Assembly (NCBI GenBank): GCA_965662845.1
Contig: CBFIJD010000012.1
Span: forward strand, 48,478 to 63,162
Source: an uncultured bacterium
GTDB taxonomy: Bacteria > SAR324 > NAC60-12
Direction: 5' to 3'
Length of the DNA stretch: 14,685 nt
Shown: piece after piece, positions 8,992 through 14,685 of the stretch
Numbering within the stretch: position 1 is the first letter of the stretch
How the letters are laid out: each line of letters begins with the position of its first letter
Made by a program: the position numbers and the translations under genes
The notes under the pieces: generated by a model
The model's input: only the letters and a program-made list of their open reading frames with translations
What the model was told of the DNA's origin: nothing
Database searches by the model: none

Positions 8992-9001
8992 GCAGGGAAG
9001 A

Positions 9002-9472
9002 TTAGGCGCTCTCCAACACCTGATGAGGATCTTCTACACGGAAAAAATCGAAGGGGACTTCCAGGGCGCGGGAGATGCGTTCCAGCGCGGCATCAGAGAC
9101 TTCTGCGGCGTGCGATTCCCAACTTTTCACGGTCTGGATCGCGAAGCCGAACTCGTAGGAGAACGCCTCAATCGACATCCCTCGTAAGAGGCGGGCATAC
9201 TTGATGCGATCTCCCACGCGATCAAGATCTAGGTTGGCGTCAAGACCCATCTCACGGACGTTGATGCCGAGCACCTTCGCAATCTCACTATATTTTGTAA
9301 GTTTGGGGGTGGAGTGTCCGGTCTCCCAGTTTTTGACTGCAGTCAGAGAAACGTTGAGCTTTCGGGCAAAATCCTTGCGGGTGAGTCCGGCATTTTCACG
9401 CCAACATACCATTTTATCGCCGAAAGAGAGCTCTTCGGTGTGGCCGTTGGTTTCACTTACATGCTCGGTCAT
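9002..9472 (-). CDS. XRE-family transcriptional regulator with two tandem HTH_3 domains (156 aa)
   Basis: Repeat 1: GDKMVCWRENAGLTRKDFARKLNVSLTAVKNWETG...IAKVLGI. Repeat 2: GDRIKYARLLRGMSIEAFSYEFGFAIQTVKSWESH...ISRALEV. SD AAGGAG lies upstream of ATG. Confidence 0.92.
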   Translation of the reverse strand: MTEHVSETNGHTEELSFGDKMVCWRENAGLTRKDFARKLNVSLTAVKNWETGHSTPKLTKYSEIAKVLGINVREMGLDANLDLDRVGDRIKYARLLRGMSIEAFSYEFGFAIQTVKSWESHAAEVSDAALERISRALEVPFDFFRVEDPHQVLESA

Positions 9473-9618
9473 GTGCTAAGACTCCTTATCGCATTGAGAG
9501 GGTAACAACGTGAGCGAAGAGAACGGGTTGTGTGTGCGGTTCTGGCGAAGAAGAGCGCTTCGCGACATAAATGATTTCCCACGCACGAAAACTCTTGCAG
9601 TTATGTAAGGAATCGCGG

Positions 9619-9647
9619 ATTCTGTAGAAATTTTTTGTGCTTGTCAA
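9619..9647 (-). promoter_or_regulatory. Candidate sigma70 promoter of the XRE gene
   Basis: Perfect -35 TTGACA (9647-9642)-N17-CAGAAT (9624-9619) in an AT-rich intergenic region. Confidence 0.6.
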
Positions 9648-9663
9648 CTACTTTTCTCTTGCG

Positions 9664-9716
9664 TTTGTTACGAAATTCTTCCTTTGTCTCTGCAAAGCTA
9701 GATTCTACGTAACAAA
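9664..9716. repeat. Long imperfect inverted repeat spanning the KAS III stop codon
   Basis: TTTGTTACG (9664-9672) / CGTAACAAA (9708-9716) outer arms and CTTTG (9682-9686) / CAAAG (9693-9697) inner arms. Confidence 0.6.
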
Positions 9717-10840
9717 ACCGATCCTGCCGAATATCCTGCTCCAAACGCACACATCACTCCTATTTCACCCGAACGCATCGCTGAAGCGGTCTCTGCGAAC
9801 GCCAAAATGACACCAGCAGCGCCGGTATTTGCGTAGCGATCGAGTACGAGGGGCAGCTCTTCCGTTGATAAATCTCGCCCTAACGCTCTTTTCCCCAGCA
9901 GCTGGTTCATCTTGCTGTTCGCTTGGTGCAACCAGAGTCGCCTCACCTCTGATGGGGCTACCTGACAGCGGGTCAATTGTGCACCAATTTGTCGCGAAAC
10001 AAGTGGTACGATCTCTTTGAACACCGTTCGCCCCTGTTGGCTGAAGAGCCCTGCGGGGTCATTCCAGTCAAAGCGATTCATAGCGGGGCGGAGAAAGCCG
10101 CCATCATTGCGGATGTTGTTAGAGAACTGCGTCTGTAGATCAATGTCTTCCACGTGAAAAGCGACGTTGGTTTGCACAGAAGATTCACGCTCCATCACCA
10201 AGGCCACCGCCGCGTCGCCAAAGATGAAATGGCTGTCTCGATCGCGAAAATTCAGGTGACCCGTGTAAAATTCGGGGGTCACAATGAGCGCAGCGTTCAG
10301 CTCGGGTTGGGCTTGCAAAGCATCGCGCGCAATGCGTATGGCAAAGGGCACTGACGAACAGGCGACGTTCATGTCAAAAGCGAACCCTAGGCTCCCCAAC
10401 TGCTGCTGAATTTCAATCCCAACGCTTGGATATGGACGCTCATAATTGGAGCAGGTCGCGATGAGCATGCCGATGTCGGCGGAGGACTTCCCGCTTTGTC
10501 GCAGCGCGTTAGCGGCGGCTTTGAAGCCGAGCTCGGCTTGATAGGAAAGCTCTGCAGGAGTCCTGAGTTTGAGTTGAGGGCGCATCCGCTCAATATCGAG
10601 GATCCCACTTTTCTCGACGACATGCCGCTGTCGAATTCCGGAGGCGTTCTCAATAAACTCGGTGCTCGACGTGCGTAAGGGAGCAAGCTCTCCTCGTTCA
10701 ATCTCAGCCGCATTTTCTGCATTAAACCGCTCAACATAAGCGTTGAACGAGTGGACGAGGTCTTCGTTCGTAATGATCTCTGGAGGAACAAAGCTGCCCC
10801 AGCCACTGATCACAATCGGTTTGCTCAATAGTTCTCTCAA
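9698..10840 (-). CDS. Beta-ketoacyl-ACP synthase III, long PA3286/FabH2-like subfamily
   Basis: Triad motifs FDMNVACSS, WLHQAN, YANT and C-terminal AFGAGYSAG. Subfamily signatures ITNEDLVHSFNAYVERFNAENAAEIERGE and GHLNFRDRDSHFIFGD. The start is TTG 10840 or TTG 10828 (uncertain). Confidence 0.92.
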   Translation of the reverse strand: MRELLSKPIVISGWGSFVPPEIITNEDLVHSFNAYVERFNAENAAEIERGELAPLRTSSTEFIENASGIRQRHVVEKSGILDIERMRPQLKLRTPAELSYQAELGFKAAANALRQSGKSSADIGMLIATCSNYERPYPSVGIEIQQQLGSLGFAFDMNVACSSVPFAIRIARDALQAQPELNAALIVTPEFYTGHLNFRDRDSHFIFGDAAVALVMERESSVQTNVAFHVEDIDLQTQFSNNIRNDGGFLRPAMNRFDWNDPAGLFSQQGRTVFKEIVPLVSRQIGAQLTRCQVAPSEVRRLWLHQANSKMNQLLGKRALGRDLSTEELPLVLDRYANTGAAGVILAFAETASAMRSGEIGVMCAFGAGYSAGSVLLRRI

Positions 10841-10842
10841 TT

Positions 10843-11460
10843 TCAGATTTCGTCGAGCCAGTCGATCGGGCCCTTTCCTTGTCGGACGACTTCGGGCGGT
10901 TCTGCGGTGAAGTCGATGATCGTCGAGTGTTCCGCAAAAATGTCTCCGCCATCTACGACCAGATCGACCTGACGACCATATTCTTCATGGATTTCCCAAG
11001 CGCTATCAAACAGGCGCTCCTCGTCGCTGTGCAGAGAGCTGCTCAAAATGGGATTGCCCAGCTCTTCCACGATGCTTGTGGCGATGATGTGGTGGGGCCA
11101 ACGCACGCCAATGGTACTGCGCTTAGTGAGCAGCAATTTGGGAACCACTTTGGACGCTTTGAACAGAAAGGTGTATGGCCCAGGCAAGTGACGGCGGAGC
11201 GCCTTGAAGATAGGAGCGTCGATCCCTTGTGCATATTCTTGGATTTGCTGCTGATTGGCGCAGATGAACGTCAGATGGCGCTTTGCGTCCACTTGCTTGA
11301 TTTGTCCAATGCGTTTGATCGCTTTTTTGCTGAAGATATTGCAGCCCAGTCCATAAACAGTGTCGGTGGGGTAGATGATGACCCCATCATTTTCGAGCAC
11401 TTCCACCACTTGACGCAGCTGTCGGGGCTGGGGATTTTGAGGATGAATTTCAATCAGCAT
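10843..11460 (-). CDS. yciO: Sua5/YciO/YrdC family protein, YciO subgroup
   Basis: IHPQNPQPRQLRQVVEVL..DGVIIYPTDTVYGLGC...HLTFIC...LPGPYTFLF...VPKLLLTKRSTIGVR...PILSSSL...VDLVVDGG...STIIDF...VVRQGKG. Confidence 0.85.
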   Translation of the reverse strand: MLIEIHPQNPQPRQLRQVVEVLENDGVIIYPTDTVYGLGCNIFSKKAIKRIGQIKQVDAKRHLTFICANQQQIQEYAQGIDAPIFKALRRHLPGPYTFLFKASKVVPKLLLTKRSTIGVRWPHHIIATSIVEELGNPILSSSLHSDEERLFDSAWEIHEEYGRQVDLVVDGGDIFAEHSTIIDFTAEPPEVVRQGKGPIDWLDEI

Positions 11461-11469
11461 GGGGGAGGA

Positions 11470-12081
11470 TCAACGAGGAATACGAGGCTGGGTTGCACGC
11501 AGGGTCTCTCGCTGAAAATTAGCTTCTTGCTCACGCTCCCATTCGGTGCGGGGATCTTCGGGCTTAGATTGCGCGAGACATTGCTGCAAAAAGGCCTGAA
11601 ACAGGCGCTCTAGCGTGGGAATTTGATCATTGAGGCGGTGGTCAGAAGGAAGAATCTGCAAGGAGAGCTGATGCTCCTTGGCGAAGGCATACACATTGGC
11701 AAGCGGGACGACGTCGTCGTTCCAGCCATGAATCAGTTGTGCATATTCTGCGTTGGGTGGCGGAGACGCAGGGTGCGCAAATTCGCGCAAACCTACGGCT
11801 GGAGCTAATAAAAAGAGCCCTTTGGGTCGGATGATCTCAGAAGCGCGCAGAGAGACCCAGGCGCCCATGCTAGATCCTACGAAGACTAAGGTCTCTTCTG
11901 CAGCTGGATGTAAGGAGAGAAGTTTGTCGGCTCGGGCCTGGGCGTCGTCCATCCCGCTGTAGTCTGGACTCTCTACCGCAAAATCTAATTGTTCAGCGAC
12001 CTTCGCGAGGTGCTGAATTTTGGTCCCCCAAGGGCCACTTTCTTTGCCATGTGCAAAATAAACGACGCGTTTGCGAGCCAT
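11470..12081 (-). CDS. Small alpha/beta hydrolase (YqiA/YcfP-like esterase)
   Basis: FAHGKESGPWGTKI, nucleophile elbow VGSSMG, LFLLAPA, IHGWNDDVVP (Asp), SDHRL (His). Confidence 0.9.
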   Translation of the reverse strand: MARKRVVYFAHGKESGPWGTKIQHLAKVAEQLDFAVESPDYSGMDDAQARADKLLSLHPAAEETLVFVGSSMGAWVSLRASEIIRPKGLFLLAPAVGLREFAHPASPPPNAEYAQLIHGWNDDVVPLANVYAFAKEHQLSLQILPSDHRLNDQIPTLERLFQAFLQQCLAQSKPEDPRTEWEREQEANFQRETLRATQPRIPR

Positions 12082-12084
12082 TTT

Positions 12085-13674
12085 CTATTCCATTTCTTTT
12101 GTCTGCAAAAACTGCAATTGAGGCCAATCTTCAACAGTTCGCTCCAGCCTCCAAGCGTTGGCGGGAAGATACACTAAGTTCTTATGAGAATCTAGAGCTA
12201 GGCTGTCAAGAAATTGTTTTTCAAAACTTTTTAGTGCCTCTGCGTCTTCAGATTGCACCCAGCGAGCGGTCAAAAAAGAGACCGGTTCCAAGTGCGCTTC
12301 TACGTTATATTCGTTTTTCAGTCGCTCCAAAATAACGTCAAATTGGAGCACACCGACTGCCCCCAAAATCTGGTCGTTATTGGTGAAGGGACGGAACAGC
12401 TGCACGGCTCCTTCTTCGGTGAGCTGTAACAATCCCTTGTCGAGTTGTTTGGTCTTGAGGGCGTTTTTGATGCGGACTTTTCGAAAGTGTTCAGGGGCGA
12501 AGTGGGGAATGCCCACAAACTTGAGCGTCTCTTTTTGAGTGAAGGTATCCCCGATGCGGATCGTGCCGTGGTTGTGAATGCCGATGATGTCACCAGCGTA
12601 AGCTTCTTCAACTTGCGCGCGATCTTGCGCCATGAAAATCGTGGCGTTGGCGATTTGAATGTCTCGCCCAATGCGATGGTGCTTGACCTTCATGCCGCGC
12701 TCAAAGCGCCCCGAACAGACCCGCAAGAAGGCGATTCGGTCACGATGGGCGGGGTCCATGTTCGCTTGGATTTTGAAAACGACTCCTGAGAAAGCGTCTT
12801 CGTAGGGCGAGACGGTCCTTGTCTGCGTCGCTCGTTCTCGTGGCGCAGGGGCTAGCTCCACAAAGGTGTCGAGCATCTCTCGCACGCCAAAGCTGTTGAT
12901 GGCGCTGCCAAAAAACACCGGGGTCTGTTTTCCTGTGAGGTAGCGTTCAGGCGAAAAGGGCGTAGAGGCGCCTTCTAGCAAATCAACGTCGTCACGTAGT
13001 TCTTGGGCTTGACGTCCGAGCAGCTCATCGAACTGGGGATCATCCAAATTGGTGATGCGGAGCACGTCGTCGCTGCGCTGCGTGCGAGATGCCGAGAAGA
13101 GGTTCAACTCCTTACGATAGAGGTTGTATGTCCCTCGGAAATCTTTCCCCATGCCAATGGGCCACGTCATAGGGGCGCACTCGACTTTGAGGTGCTCTTC
13201 AATGTTCTCGAGCAGCTCAAGTGGCGGCAGCCCTTCGCGATCCAGCTTATTGATGAAGGTCATGATGGGCGTGTGTCGCATCCGACAGACATCCATCAGC
13301 TTGACGGTTTGGGCCTCGACTCCTTTGGCGCAGTCAATCACGACCAGAGCGCTGTCGACGGCTGTGAGGACACGATAGGTGTCTTCTGAGAAGTCTTGGT
13401 GGCCTGGGGTGTCGAGCAGATTGATTTCAAAGTCTTTGTAGAGGAATTTCATCACGGACGAGGTCACGGAGATCCCGCGCTGTTTTTCGATTTCCATCCA
13501 ATCGCTCGTGGCGTGACGGGAGGCTTTGCGGGCTTTGACAGAGCCGGCCATTTGAATAGCCCCGCCAAACAGAAGGATTTTTTCCGTGAGTGTCGTTTTG
13601 CCGGCGTCTGGGTGGCTGATGATCCCGAACGTGCGTCGTCGTTCGACTTCGTGCTGATATTGTCGGGTTTCCAT
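12085..13674 (-). CDS. prfC: Peptide chain release factor 3 (529 aa)
   Basis: [86 protein letters not shown]. Start set at ATG 13674 (METRQY), not 13752. Confidence 0.97.
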   Translation of the reverse strand: METRQYQHEVERRRTFGIISHPDAGKTTLTEKILLFGGAIQMAGSVKARKASRHATSDWMEIEKQRGISVTSSVMKFLYKDFEINLLDTPGHQDFSEDTYRVLTAVDSALVVIDCAKGVEAQTVKLMDVCRMRHTPIMTFINKLDREGLPPLELLENIEEHLKVECAPMTWPIGMGKDFRGTYNLYRKELNLFSASRTQRSDDVLRITNLDDPQFDELLGRQAQELRDDVDLLEGASTPFSPERYLTGKQTPVFFGSAINSFGVREMLDTFVELAPAPRERATQTRTVSPYEDAFSGVVFKIQANMDPAHRDRIAFLRVCSGRFERGMKVKHHRIGRDIQIANATIFMAQDRAQVEEAYAGDIIGIHNHGTIRIGDTFTQKETLKFVGIPHFAPEHFRKVRIKNALKTKQLDKGLLQLTEEGAVQLFRPFTNNDQILGAVGVLQFDVILERLKNEYNVEAHLEPVSFLTARWVQSEDAEALKSFEKQFLDSLALDSHKNLVYLPANAWRLERTVEDWPQLQFLQTKEME

Positions 13675-13748
13675 GAATAATTTTTGAGAAGGAAACAGGG
13701 GCGGGGTGTGAGGGCCGCCGAGGCCGGGCCACGACGGGAGCGATGAGA

Positions 13749-14685
13749 TCAAATGGCTTGTTGCGACTTGAGTAGGCGGTATTCCGCGAGACGCCGCTCC
13801 ACACGACCGATCGCTGCGGCGTAGGCTGCGTTGCTGGCGTCACGCTTGAGCGCTTCTTGATAATTGCGCCGGGCTTCTTCGTAGTCCTCGCGGCTCACGG
13901 CGCCTCCTTCGTAGCTTAGGCCGAGATTGTACCAGTCTGCCGCCTCGCGACGTTTTGCTCCTTCCAGTTGTTGTCGGGCTTCTTCCCAGCGGTTTTTGCG
14001 CAGCAAGGCGGCAGCTTTGCCGACGCGGCCACCCTCTGCGACTTCGGCGCGAATGCGTTGCGAGGTAGGAGAGACTGTTCGCAAGAAGGGTTGCACTGCG
14101 TTGCGGACTAATTGTTGGACGACTTCACTGCGCTCTTTCTCTGGCAAGTCACGGAGGGACGGCTCTGGCAGGCGTGGTCGGTCGTAGTACATTTGACGTG
14201 GGTTGGTCTCTTCCACGACAGCCAAGTTTCGCACAGGGATGGGGACCAACGGCAGGCGTGAGCGCTGAATCAAGCTCGCGATGCCCGGCAGAGGACGCGC
14301 CTCAATTTGGTTGGTGTAGCTGCCGCGTTCAATCACTTGCCGACCAAACGAACCTCCGTCGGCGCGCACAGCTAAAGTGCGCCGAGCTTCTCCTCCACCA
14401 ACCACGGTGAAGCTCAAATTTGCTTCGGCATACAACGACAGGTTGCGGTAGCGATAGGTGCGCACGACCTGGTTGACAGGGTTGCCCAAGGGAGCCTGCA
14501 CACCCAGCCCTGTGAGCAGCCGCGCCGCACCCATCTCAATGGCATCGGACTGCAAATCTCCCTTCTGACAAACAAAGGCTCGGCTATCAAGAGTCACTGC
14601 GTTCTCAGTGGCTGCCGCCGCTGCCCCAGCTGCGATCCGGCCTTGAACACCGCCTTTGCAGGTGGCGATTTCTGTGAATTGGCCT
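13749..14685 (-). CDS. Hypothetical protein with C-terminal TPR-like helices; 5' end lies outside the window
   Basis: The frame stays open from 14597 to the window edge ([34 protein letters not shown]...). The C-terminus RWEEARQQL...[11 protein letters not shown]...[22 protein letters not shown] is TPR-like. Confidence 0.75.
   Translation of the reverse strand, partial: GQFTEIATCKGGVQGRIAAGAAAAATENAVTLDSRAFVCQKGDLQSDAIEMGAARLLTGLGVQAPLGNPVNQVVRTYRYRNLSLYAEANLSFTVVGGGEARRTLAVRADGGSFGRQVIERGSYTNQIEARPLPGIASLIQRSRLPLVPIPVRNLAVVEETNPRQMYYDRPRLPEPSLRDLPEKERSEVVQQLVRNAVQPFLRTVSPTSQRIRAEVAEGGRVGKAAALLRKNRWEEARQQLEGAKRREAADWYNLGLSYEGGAVSREDYEEARRNYQEALKRDASNAAYAAAIGRVERRLAEYRLLKSQQAI

Noticed and set aside
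4164..9583. Shared 9-mer TTTCCCACG at 4164-4172 and 9575-9583
   Set aside because: A match of this length between intergenic regions is expected by chance, and its position relative to the two promoters differs.
9002..9700. XRE gene as a prophage repressor or antitoxin remnant
   Set aside because: No phage, toxin or integrase gene is adjacent, and the flanks are housekeeping genes.
10879..11613. 244-aa + strand ORF, and other long antisense ORFs such as 2761-3348 and 2448-2855
   Set aside because: They are shadows of well-supported minus-strand genes and carry no recognisable motifs.
8115..12437. 12-bp inverted match between 8115-8126 and 12426-12437
   Set aside because: Several 12-mer matches are expected by chance in 14.7 kb, and one copy lies in prfC coding sequence.
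13600..13748. The prfC 5' end is the known SXT/R391 ICE integration site
   Set aside because: prfC looks intact, and there is no integrase, att duplication or conjugation gene nearby.

Overview
A bacterial chromosomal core-type region, moderately GC-rich by eye. It holds 12 CDS, 11 on the minus strand. In window order: ydiJ-type FAD/Fe-S oxidoreductase (3'-truncated, missing from the ORF track), membrane-anchored FKBP PPIase, FAD amine-oxidase-family oxidoreductase, methyl-accepting chemotaxis protein, mgtE, exonuclease III-family nuclease (the only + strand gene, divergent from mgtE), tandem two-domain XRE regulator, PA3286-type KAS III, yciO, alpha/beta hydrolase, prfC and a 5'-truncated TPR protein. 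I found no mobile element, CRISPR array, tRNA, rRNA or defence system, and I cannot support a wholly new multi-gene system. Best leads: (1) a HAMP-less chemoreceptor with symmetric 21-residue insertions in both signalling arms (36H to about 42H) and a non-canonical hairpin tip; (2) an orphan double-XRE regulator whose control region has a strong promoter, an overlapping palindrome, an in-frame 30-codon upstream ORF and a long hairpin; (3) an 11-bp-period direct repeat between mgtE and xth. All assignments come from manual motif recognition, not database searches.
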